From assembly GCA_031370785.1 (NCBI GenBank), contig JANMQY010000101.1:1-20370 (forward strand): a DNA stretch of 20,370 nucleotides, read 5' to 3'. Below, piece by piece: positions 7,881 to 15,537 of the stretch; within the stretch, counting starts at the first letter, position 1; every line of letters starts with the position of its first letter. Made by a program: the position numbers and the translations under genes. Origin of the DNA: Candidatus Eiseniibacteriota bacterium. Its GTDB lineage: Bacteria; Eisenbacteria; RBG-16-71-46. Under the pieces are notes generated by a model. That model ran no database searches. It was not told the origin of the DNA and worked only from the letters and a program-made list of their open reading frames with translations.

Positions 7881-8894
7881 TCAGCTGGCGGTCGGGCCGC
7901 TCGCGGCGCTGAGTGCGCACGCGATGGTGGAAACCTCGGCCACGTCTTCCGCAGTGCAGCCGCGCGACAGGTCGTTGGCCTGTCGCGCGAGTCCCATCAG
8001 GATCGGACCATACGCCTTTGCCTCGGCGAGGCGCTGGACCAGCTTGTATCCGATGTTCCCCGAGTCGAGATCCGGGAACACGAGCACGTTGGCGTGTCCG
8101 GCGACCACGCTGCCCGGGGCCTTGCGCTTCGCCACCCCGGGATCGAGCGCGGCATCGGCCTGCAGCTCGCCGTCGAGGTGCAGATCGGGCCTGAGCGCAC
8201 GCGCGAGCTGGACCGCCTGTCGCACCTTGTCCACGCGCGGGTGGGATGCGGAGCCGCGCGTCGAGAACGAAAGGAACGCGGTGTGCGGCACCTGCCCGGT
8301 CAGGCGCGCGTAATGGTCGGCGGTCAGACATCCGATCTCCGCGAGCTGCTGCGCATCTGGATCCGGCACCACGCCGCAGTCGGCGAATAGAAGCACGCGC
8401 TCCTCGGCGCCCGCGCTTGCCGGCACGACCATCAGGAAGAAGGACGACACGCGCTGGACCCCGGGCGCGAGCCCGATCAGCCACAGCGCCGCGCGCAACA
8501 CGTCGGCGGTAGTGCGCGATGCGCCGGCGACGAAACAATCCGCCAGTCCCTCGCGCACTCGCGCCGCGGCCTGAAACAATGGGTCGCGCGCCAGCGCCTC
8601 GACCTCGGATGCCGCAATCCGGTCGCCGCGCGAGGCGCGAAGCGCGGCCGCGGTGCGCGCGATCTCGGCGGGCTCATTGCTCTCCAGCACCGGCACGCCG
8701 GTGAGCACTGCGCCCGCGGTGCGCGCGGTCGAGCGCACCGTCTCGCGGTCACCGATCAGCGAGACCTCGGCGATTCGATCGCGGGCCAGCCGCTCGGCGG
8801 CATGCACCACGCGCTCGTCTCCGCCCTCGGGCAGCAGCAGCCGCCGCGGGCGCAGGCGCGCCTGGCGCCGGATGCGCTCGAGGATCGCGCTCAT
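7881..8894 (-). CDS. pta: Phosphate acetyltransferase (short, catalytic-domain-only form)
   Basis: LLLPEG, VSSFFLM, FADCG, FLSFSTRGS, DGELQADAAL, ANVLVFPDLDSGNIGYKL and GPILMGLARQANDLSRGC. Confidence 0.92.
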   Translation of the reverse strand: MSAILERIRRQARLRPRRLLLPEGGDERVVHAAERLARDRIAEVSLIGDRETVRSTARTAGAVLTGVPVLESNEPAEIARTAAALRASRGDRIAASEVEALARDPLFQAAARVREGLADCFVAGASRTTADVLRAALWLIGLAPGVQRVSSFFLMVVPASAGAEERVLLFADCGVVPDPDAQQLAEIGCLTADHYARLTGQVPHTAFLSFSTRGSASHPRVDKVRQAVQLARALRPDLHLDGELQADAALDPGVAKRKAPGSVVAGHANVLVFPDLDSGNIGYKLVQRLAEAKAYGPILMGLARQANDLSRGCTAEDVAEVSTIACALSAASGPTAS

Positions 8895-9466
8895 CGACGA
8901 GTGGCGCTCTTCGCTCGGGCGGATTTCGCTCGCGTAGGCCTGGCGCGCCCGGCCGGCTTCTTCGCTCGCGCGGGCGCGGTGGCGCGCATTCGCGCGCGCA
9001 GGCGCTCCTCGACCGCATGCGGCACCAGCCCCTGGATCCGGCCGCCGAGACGCGCGACTTCCTTCACCAGCGTCGAGTTGAGGTAGGTGTACTGCTGGCT
9101 CGGCATCAGGAACGCCACTTCGACCCCAGGCGCGAGACGGCGATTCATGAGCGCCATCTGGAATTCGAACTCGAAGTCGCTCACCGCGCGCAGGCCGCGG
9201 ATCATCACGCCGGCGCCGACGCGCCTCGCGCAGTCCACCACCAGGTCCGAGAACTCGATGACCTCGATGCCACGCAGCGTGCGGGTCGCGAGCCGAATCA
9301 TCTCGACGCGCTCCTCGACCGGGAAGAAAGTGCCCTTGACCGGATTGTGCGCGACCGCCACCACCACCCGGTCGAACAGCCGCGCGGCGCGGCGGGTCAG
9401 GTCGAGATGGCCGTTGGTGAATGGGTCGAAGGTGCCCGGGAACAGCGCCGTGCGGTCCGCGTTCAT
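8891..9466 (-). CDS. coaD: Pantetheine-phosphate adenylyltransferase with basic C-terminal extension
   Basis: FPGTFDPFTNGHLD, RGLRAVSDFEFEFQMALMNR, STLVKEVA. ATG 9466 overlaps the rsmD stop (ATGA) and has an AAGGAGG SD. Confidence 0.96.
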   Translation of the reverse strand: MNADRTALFPGTFDPFTNGHLDLTRRAARLFDRVVVAVAHNPVKGTFFPVEERVEMIRLATRTLRGIEVIEFSDLVVDCARRVGAGVMIRGLRAVSDFEFEFQMALMNRRLAPGVEVAFLMPSQQYTYLNSTLVKEVARLGGRIQGLVPHAVEERLRARMRATAPARAKKPAGRARPTRAKSARAKSATRR

Positions 9467-10047
9467 GGCGTGGCCTCCTTGGTCGGTGGGGTTCCGGCCT
9501 CGCCCGCGAGGCGATAGGTGGACACCCGGGTCTCTCCGTAACGGCGTTCTCGGTCGCGGGAAAGCCCGCCGCACCGCTCGGGCATCACGTCCCGCATATG
9601 GTGTTCGACCACCACCCGCACTCGCTGGTTCAGGGCCATGGTCGCGAGCGTCTCGAGCGTCAGCCGAGCCGGTCCGCCGCCGTAGGGCGGGTCGAGAAGG
9701 ATCAGGTCCGCCTCCGCCACGGGTCCGGCTAGCGACTTCAGGCCCTGCGGCAGGTGAACGGGCCAGACTCTCGTGCGCTCTTGAAGTTGCAGCGCGACGA
9801 GATTCTCCTCGAGCACCCGGCGCGCGCTCCGGTCCGACTCCACGAAGTCGGCCTTTGTGGCTCCGCGCGACAGGGCCTCGATCCCGAGCGCCCCGGATCC
9901 CGCGAACAGGTCCACGACCCGGACTCCTGCGAGCGGCTCGAGCGCCATGAACATCGCCTCGCGGACGCGGTCCGACGTGGGCCGGGTGCCCAGCCCGCGC
10001 GGCGCGGCCAGCCTGCGGCCTCCGAGCTCTCCTGCGATCACGCGCAC
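9463..10047 (-). CDS. rsmD: 16S rRNA m2G966 methyltransferase RsmD
   Basis: (M)RVIAGELGGRRL, RPTSDRVREAMF, DLFAGSGALGIEALSRGA and DPPY. GTG 10047 gives the canonical MRVIAG start (alternative GTG 10068). The rsmD-coaD adjacency is common. Confidence 0.93.
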   Translation of the reverse strand: MRVIAGELGGRRLAAPRGLGTRPTSDRVREAMFMALEPLAGVRVVDLFAGSGALGIEALSRGATKADFVESDRSARRVLEENLVALQLQERTRVWPVHLPQGLKSLAGPVAEADLILLDPPYGGGPARLTLETLATMALNQRVRVVVEHHMRDVMPERCGGLSRDRERRYGETRVSTYRLAGEAGTPPTKEATP

Positions 10048-10056
10048 GAGCGCGGC

Positions 10057-10085
10057 AGTCTCACCCACCCCAAAAGGGGTGTCAA
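10057..10085 (-). promoter_or_regulatory. Putative sigma70 promoter for the rsmD operon (TTGACA-17 nt-GAGACT)
   Basis: Minus strand reads TTGACA ccccttttggggtgggt GAGACT gccgcgctc GTG: consensus -35, 17-nt spacer, and a -10 retaining the conserved A and T. Confidence 0.6.
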
Positions 10086-10111
10086 GCCGACCGCCACTTC
10101 GACCTCTCGCT

Positions 10112-10735
10112 TCATCGCAGGTCCACCACTTCGAAACCGCCGGGGGCGCTCAGGCGGAATGCCGCGCGGCCGCGGCGCGGCGTGAAGCGCCACGCTCTGA
10201 GCCGGTAGCCGACGCGGCCGCCCTCGCCGTCCGAGATCTCGAGGCGATTCGGAAGGCCCTTAGCCCCGAGCGTCACCCACGCGCTGTCGGGGCCGCTGGC
10301 GGCAGCGCCCTCTCCGGTGCGCACCAGCAGGAAACGCTTCGCGTCGAGCGCGCGCTCGACGATGCCCGTACCTTTCGGATCGAGCATGACGCGCCACCAC
10401 ACCAGCGCATTGCCCGCGCTCTCGGGTCCGAGCCGGATCACCTGGCGCAGGGCGGGCTGCAGCCACTCGCCGCCCTCGGCACGCACGGTGATGCTCTCGC
10501 CACCGCGCACGTCGAGACGGGCGCAGTCGGGTGGCTCGAGCGCGAGCGTGCCGCGAAGCTCCGGCATTCCCTGCCGCTCGGCGCCGGCCTCACGGGTGAG
10601 CGTCACTTCCAGTCGGCCGGTGCGCCCGAGGCCGTCGAGCAGAGCGCGACTCGAGCGCAGGGTCGTCGAGCCGGGAGCGGCCGCCGCGAGAATCGTGAGG
10701 GCGAGCGCGAGAGTCAGACCCAGGAATCGGCTCAT
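10112..10735 (-). CDS. LolA-like periplasmic outer-membrane lipoprotein carrier (divergent)
   Basis: Signal peptide MSRFLGLTLALALTILAAAA. GTLALEPPDCARLDV...ESITVRAEGGEWLQPALRQVIR and C-terminal AFRLSAPGGFEVVDLR follow the LolA pattern. ATG 10735 overlaps the upstream stop (ATGA). Confidence 0.65.
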   Translation of the reverse strand: MSRFLGLTLALALTILAAAAPGSTTLRSSRALLDGLGRTGRLEVTLTREAGAERQGMPELRGTLALEPPDCARLDVRGGESITVRAEGGEWLQPALRQVIRLGPESAGNALVWWRVMLDPKGTGIVERALDAKRFLLVRTGEGAAASGPDSAWVTLGAKGLPNRLEISDGEGGRVGYRLRAWRFTPRRGRAAFRLSAPGGFEVVDLR

Positions 10736-11544
10736 AGCGAGACCAGCCGTTCGAGCGCGCGCCTGAGATCGGCGAGCCCGAGCCGCTCCGCCTCGGGCGG
10801 CGGTGTGAGTGAGAATCGCATCGGATTCGAAACCACTGCGAACCGGGTGCGCTCGATCCGCGAGTCGATGTGGAAGCTGCCCGCGGAATCCGCGAGTTCG
10901 ACGCGAGCGGGCCACCACACTCCATTCGTCCCGGACCATTCGAGGTACCTCGCGCGAAGCCGCGCACCACCCCGACGGCTCACCTCGGCCCACACCGGCA
11001 GCCCGCCCGATCCGACCGACACCGCGACGCTGTCCCCGCTTTCCAGCCACGCCAGCCGAAGCAGCGAGTCGTTCCACACTGCGCTCTGCCAGGCACTCGC
11101 CGGGGGACGCCAGCCGGCGCTCCACACCCTGACGATCAGCTCGCCCGGATTGTGCACGCCGATCGAATCGCCGAGCGAGGGCAGCACGATCCACGTGCGC
11201 CGCGAGGGAATGCGCGCGGTCACCGAGTCGCCACGCCCCGCGACATCGAGCGCGGTGCCGAGCAAGGACCCCACCCGCAGCCGGAACGCATCGGGCGCGG
11301 CCATCTCGAGCGCGGCCTCCACCGCCGGAAGGCGCTTCTCTTCTCCAACCGTGCTGCGGATCACGATCTGCTGCTCGACCGAGGCGAGGCGGGCTTCGCG
11401 CGCACCGAGCGCCGCGAGATAGCGCTCCTCGCGCCGCCCGGCCGAAAGCTCGGCGCTCGGTCGCGGCGGCGGGGCGCAGCCCGCGAGCATGAGCACAACC
11501 AGGACGAGGAGGCGTGCGAGCCTCCGCCCCCGTGACCGGCTCAT
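10732..11544 (-). CDS. Lipoprotein, probable LolB/DUF4292-like beta-sheet fold
   Basis: Basic N-region, hydrophobic core, lipobox LAG-C. Beta-rich body (APDAFRLRVGSLLGTALDVAGRGDSVTARIP; WWPARVELAD; FSLTPPPEA). ATGA overlap with aroK. Confidence 0.6.
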   Translation of the reverse strand: MSRSRGRRLARLLVLVVLMLAGCAPPPRPSAELSAGRREERYLAALGAREARLASVEQQIVIRSTVGEEKRLPAVEAALEMAAPDAFRLRVGSLLGTALDVAGRGDSVTARIPSRRTWIVLPSLGDSIGVHNPGELIVRVWSAGWRPPASAWQSAVWNDSLLRLAWLESGDSVAVSVGSGGLPVWAEVSRRGGARLRARYLEWSGTNGVWWPARVELADSAGSFHIDSRIERTRFAVVSNPMRFSLTPPPEAERLGLADLRRALERLVSL

Positions 11545-12071
11545 GACGATCCCTTCAATGCCGCGAGAATGGCGTCCACCACCTGGCCCGGGCTCAGTCC
11601 GTCGGTCGGGACGCGCAACGCGGCCACCTCTTCATAGAGCGCTCGGCGCGTGGCGAGCAGCTCGGCCAGCCGGTCGGAGGCGGGCGCGCCGGCCAGCAGC
11701 GGCCGGGTCGCTCCGTCACACGCGACACGGCGTGCGGCCTCGGCAGGGTCGACCTCCAGCCACACCACCCGGCAGCGCGCGCGCAGCAGCGCACGATGGC
11801 GTGGATCGAGCACCACGCCGCCGCCGCACGCCACCACGCCCACTCGCGCATCCAGCGCCTGCGAGAGCAGCTCGCCCTCGCGGGTGCGGAACCACGCTTC
11901 TCCGGGGTTCTCGAAAAGCTGCGCGACGCTCTCGCCGCTTTCGGCCTCGATCATGGCGTCGAGGTCGGCCGCCGCAACGCCGAGCCGCTCACTGAGCGCG
12001 CGTGCGGTCTCGCTCTTCCCCGCTCCCATCAGGCCGACGAGTGCGATCGGACGCGAATCCGTGGAGTGCAT
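11541..12071 (-). CDS. aroK: Shikimate kinase
   Basis: Walker A GLMGAGKS, DLD, GEAWFRTRE, ACGGG, RPLL and RRALY. Lies directly downstream of pilQ, as in many diderm genomes. Confidence 0.95.
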   Translation of the reverse strand: MHSTDSRPIALVGLMGAGKSETARALSERLGVAAADLDAMIEAESGESVAQLFENPGEAWFRTREGELLSQALDARVGVVACGGGVVLDPRHRALLRARCRVVWLEVDPAEAARRVACDGATRPLLAGAPASDRLAELLATRRALYEEVAALRVPTDGLSPGQVVDAILAALKGSS

Positions 12072-12077
12072 GCCGCG

Positions 12078-12086
12078 AGCCTAGCA
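12078..12086 (-). promoter_or_regulatory. Putative extended -10 promoter giving a leaderless aroK mRNA
   Basis: Minus strand TGcTAGGCT-cgcggc-ATG: TGn plus TAnnnT, 6 nt before the start codon, and no SD at a normal distance. Confidence 0.55.
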
Positions 12087-12134
12087 CACGCTTCCCGGGC
12101 GCCTTCCTGCCCGGCGGGCCCGGGCGGCGGAAAT

Positions 12135-12176
12135 GCTTGCGGCCGCCGGAGCGCTTCAGCTCCGGCGGCCGCGAGC
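12135..12176 (-). terminator. Intrinsic terminator-like hairpin after pilQ
   Basis: Perfect 14-bp stem 12139-12152 / 12159-12172 (extendable to 18 bp with one mismatch), 6-nt loop, followed by ATTTCC on the minus strand (short U tract). Confidence 0.7.
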
Positions 12177-12192
12177 GACTACTTTACGAAGA

Positions 12193-13560
12193 CTAGTTGC
12201 TGGCCAGCGACGTCACCAGGCGCGGCGTCACGAAGATGATCAGCTCGCGATTCTGGCGAACCGACGTGTCCGACCGGAACAGCATCCCGAGCAGCGGGAT
12301 GTCCTTCAGGAACGGAACGCCACGGCGCACGGTCGAGTCGTTGGTGCGGATCAGGCCGCCGATCACCGCGGTCTGCCCGTCGTCCACCATGACGCGCGTG
12401 TCGGCTTCACTGGTGTTGATGATCACGCCGCCCTGCACCGTGCTCTGGCTGGACAGATCGCTCACTTCAGGATGCAGATCCATGATGATCTTCTTGTCCT
12501 GGGTGAGGTGCGGCGTCACTTTGAGCTGGATACCGATGGTCTGCAGCTGCGAGACCGGATTGCCCGCGACGTCCTGCACGATGAGCGGAATCTTCTGGCC
12601 GACGAGGATCTTCGCCTCGCGGTTGTCCACCGTGGTGATGCGCGGGTTCGAGATGATGTTGGCCTTGCGGTTCTGCTCGAGCATCTGGATCTGGGCCTCG
12701 ACCGAACCCCACTTCTTGAAGATTCCGTACGCGAGCCGCAGCGCCGGATCGGCGATCGGCGTCTTGTGAATCCCGACCACAACCTGGTCCGGATCGTTGC
12801 CCGGATTCGGCGCATGCGGCGTGTTCGTCGGAGTACCGTCGAAGAATTCCATCCCGTCCGGCGATTCCGAGGTGCCGCCCAGGTTCCACTCGATTCCCAG
12901 GCCACGCAACGCCTCGGCGTCGACGTCCACCAGCTTCGCGGTGATCTCGATCTGCGGCGTGGTCGAGTCGAGATCGGAAGCCATCTTCTCGAGACGATCC
13001 AGGTTGCTCGCCAGATCGCTGATGATCAGCGAGTTGGTGCGCTTCTCGGCGGTGATGCTGCCACGCCGCGTCAGCGAACCCTGCAGCGCGATCTGCATCT
13101 CGCCGACGTTCGCATAGTTCAGCTTCACGATGCGCGTCTCGAGCGGCGCCACTTCGGCCTGCTTGGCGCGCGCCTGTTCGCGATCCACGGCTTCGGCGGA
13201 GAGCTTGGCCGCGTCGTCGACGCGGATGATTCCGCCCTCTGAGACGTAGTCGAGGCCGTTCATGCGCAAGACGGTGCGCAGCGCCTCTTCCCAGCCCACA
13301 TTCTTGAGCGACGCCTTCACCGTTCCCTTGACGCCGCTGCCGAGAACGATATTGCGACCGCTGAACTCCGCAATCGCACGGATCACGGTGCGGATGTCCG
13401 CGCCTTCGACATCGAGGCTGAACGTCCCGCCACCCGTGCGGACCAGACCGACCTGCTGCATGGCCGAGGACTGTTGCGCCGCGGCAGGCTTCACCGCGAT
13501 CGCCGCCAGCGAGACGCCGGCGATCAGGACCAGGGCCGCCAGGACTTTAGCGGTTCGCAT
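12193..13560 (-). CDS. pilQ: Type IV pilus secretin PilQ (short, no AMIN domains)
   Basis: Signal peptide; N0 (FSLDVEGADIRTVIRAIAEFSGRNIV...WEEAL); N domain (LNYAN...EKRTNSLIISD); secretin domain (PQIEITAKLV, ISNPRITT, LKVTPH, GQTAVIGGL, VPFLKDIPLLGMLF, ELIIFVTP). Confidence 0.95.
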   Translation of the reverse strand: MRTAKVLAALVLIAGVSLAAIAVKPAAAQQSSAMQQVGLVRTGGGTFSLDVEGADIRTVIRAIAEFSGRNIVLGSGVKGTVKASLKNVGWEEALRTVLRMNGLDYVSEGGIIRVDDAAKLSAEAVDREQARAKQAEVAPLETRIVKLNYANVGEMQIALQGSLTRRGSITAEKRTNSLIISDLASNLDRLEKMASDLDSTTPQIEITAKLVDVDAEALRGLGIEWNLGGTSESPDGMEFFDGTPTNTPHAPNPGNDPDQVVVGIHKTPIADPALRLAYGIFKKWGSVEAQIQMLEQNRKANIISNPRITTVDNREAKILVGQKIPLIVQDVAGNPVSQLQTIGIQLKVTPHLTQDKKIIMDLHPEVSDLSSQSTVQGGVIINTSEADTRVMVDDGQTAVIGGLIRTNDSTVRRGVPFLKDIPLLGMLFRSDTSVRQNRELIIFVTPRLVTSLASN

Positions 13561-13561
13561 T

Positions 13562-14329
13562 CTAGTTCTCTCCCTTTCGCGTCAGCGGAATGACCACCGA
13601 CTCTGACTGACCATCCACAGTGAGGTTCACGAGCACCGCGTCCCGCTTCAGGTCCGAGACAACGCCATTCATCACCTTGTCTCCCTGGCGCAGCACGAGG
13701 CTGTTGCCACGGGCATCTTCGGCCAGGGCGAACTTGTCGTTCGTCCCCCAGACGATACCGACCACCTTGATGGCGCCGACGTCGACCGGAGCGTCGCCGC
13801 CCACGTCGTTGCCGACGAATCCGCCGTCCACCATCGCCTGGAAGGGATCCCGGCGACCGAGCGCGTTGTACTGATACGTCACCCGATCCTCGAGATGCGC
13901 GGAAGGCTGCACCACGACGCTTTTCGCGGTGGCCGGCTTCGACTTCATCGCCGAAGCAACCGGCGTCACGACCGCTGAAGGCTTCGTGCTCGACGCCGCT
14001 TTCCCACTCCACGTCGCCTTCGTCACCGCGGCGGCCGGAGCCTTCGCGGGCGTCCCCGCCACAGTTGCCGGAGATTTCGCAGGCGTCGCCACCGGCGTTG
14101 CCGGGGCGTTCGCAGGCGTCGCGACCGGAGTCGTCTTCGGAGCGCTCGCGGACGGCTCGACCCTGGTCGGGGCCGCATCCGCGCTAGCCGGAGTCACCCA
14201 CTCGCCCGTGGTCCGCAGGACGAGGGAGCCGCCAGCGCCCATCACGAGCCCCGCCGTGAGCAGTCCAGCGAGGATCCGCAGGGTGCCCGCATTCGAGGCG
14301 GCCGAAACTTCAGGACGCTTTGTGCGCAT
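13562..14329 (-). CDS. pilP: PilP-like pilus assembly protein with Pro/Ala/Thr-rich linker, no lipobox
   Basis: Located between pilO and pilQ. YQYNALGRRDPF motif followed by a beta domain (IKVVGIVWG...ALAEDARGNSLVLRQGDKVMNGVVSDL). Confidence 0.75.
   Translation of the reverse strand: MRTKRPEVSAASNAGTLRILAGLLTAGLVMGAGGSLVLRTTGEWVTPASADAAPTRVEPSASAPKTTPVATPANAPATPVATPAKSPATVAGTPAKAPAAAVTKATWSGKAASSTKPSAVVTPVASAMKSKPATAKSVVVQPSAHLEDRVTYQYNALGRRDPFQAMVDGGFVGNDVGGDAPVDVGAIKVVGIVWGTNDKFALAEDARGNSLVLRQGDKVMNGVVSDLKRDAVLVNLTVDGQSESVVIPLTRKGEN
14033..14131. repeat. 3 x 33-bp degenerate tandem repeat (TPVATPANAPA / TPVATPAKSPA / TVAGTPAKAPA) in the PilP linker
   Basis: Core ttcgc(a/g)ggcgtc recurs at 14043, 14076 and 14109. 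Confidence 0.85.
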
Positions 14330-14954
14330 TGTTCTCCCCTTCCTTCTTCACCGGAGCGGGCTCTGCGGCCGGCGCGGGCGACGTATTGAGGCTGTATGCG
14401 GAGGCGGTGAACTCGATCGAGGTGATCAGGTTTCCGTCCTTCTTGTTGGTGTTGGGAGTGATGTGCAGATTCGCGACCGTGATGATGCGCCGCATGTTCG
14501 CCAGCTCGGCGAGGAAGGAACCGACCTGGTGGTACCCGCCGTTCACCTTGATCTGCATCGGGACCTCGGTGTAGTACTGCTCGCTTTTCGGCGGAGCCGG
14601 ACGGAAGGCCTGGAACTGGACACCCGTCTCCTGCGCGGCCAGCGTCACCTTGCGCAGCAGCGTCGCGAGCTCTCGATCGGTCGGCAGCAGCTCAGCCGCC
14701 ATGTACCAGCGCTCGTGCAACTGCTCGTACTCCGCCTCGAAGCGAGGCAGATCGGCGACCGTGGCGCGCGCGCGCGCGAGCTCGGTGTTCTTGTGCTCGA
14801 AGTCGGCCTTGAGCAGGCTGATCTTCTCGCTCTGCACGGGGAAGCTGAACGGCAGGAAGTGGGTGAAGAAGAACACCCCCACCACTCCCGCCGCGAGCAC
14901 CGCGGTCAGAATCAGCTTCTGCACTCCTGGATTCTTCAGATCGATGTTGGGCAT
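14310..14954 (-). CDS. pilO: Type IV pilus assembly protein PilO
   Basis: N-terminal TM, coiled coil, LLPTDRELATLL, YYTEVPMQIKVNGGYHQVGSFLAELANMRRII. Confidence 0.92.
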   Translation of the reverse strand: MPNIDLKNPGVQKLILTAVLAAGVVGVFFFTHFLPFSFPVQSEKISLLKADFEHKNTELARARATVADLPRFEAEYEQLHERWYMAAELLPTDRELATLLRKVTLAAQETGVQFQAFRPAPPKSEQYYTEVPMQIKVNGGYHQVGSFLAELANMRRIITVANLHITPNTNKKDGNLITSIEFTASAYSLNTSPAPAAEPAPVKKEGENNAHKAS

Positions 14955-14967
14955 GGGAGTCTCCTCG

Positions 14968-15537
14968 TCAGTTGGCGGGTTCGTCCGCCGTGACCTTGCA
15001 GGTCACGCGGAACTTCACCACTTCGTGGTCCGTCATCTGGCTTCGCTCTGCGAATCCGAGCTCGACACCTGCGAACATCGGGGAGCGCTCGAGACGCGAC
15101 ATGAAATCGGAGACCACCAGGTTCGAGAACGTGACCCCCTCCAGACTGATCGAGCTACCCGCATCCTGCGTCGCTGCGACCAGCCAGAGGTGGTCGGGCA
15201 CACAGCGCGCGAGCTCATCCATGAGTCGAACGCTCTGAGTACGACCCTTCTCAAGCTTGTTGATGATGCCGAGTCGCAGATCCAGCTCGGCCCGCTCCTG
15301 CGCGAGGCGCTGAACCCGGGCGATCTGCGGCGCGAGAGCGCGTGACTGCGCTTCGACGTCGGCGATCGAATGGGTGAGCGAATTGATGCGCGAGGTCTGC
15401 GAAACTACGGTCCCGGCCACGACCAGTCCGGTCGCCAGCAGCACGACCGCGGGGACGACCATGTCTCCGACCTTGAAACTGAAGGCGGGCTTGCGCTGGG
15501 ACTTGCCCTCATTCGGCAGCAAATTGATGCGGATCAT
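14968..15537 (-). CDS. pilN: Type IV pilus assembly protein PilN
   Basis: Starts MIRINLLP (PilM-binding INLLP motif); TM, coiled coil, VPDHLWL and FMSRLERSPMF. ATGA overlap with pilM. Confidence 0.93.
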   Translation of the reverse strand: MIRINLLPNEGKSQRKPAFSFKVGDMVVPAVVLLATGLVVAGTVVSQTSRINSLTHSIADVEAQSRALAPQIARVQRLAQERAELDLRLGIINKLEKGRTQSVRLMDELARCVPDHLWLVAATQDAGSSISLEGVTFSNLVVSDFMSRLERSPMFAGVELGFAERSQMTDHEVVKFRVTCKVTADEPAN

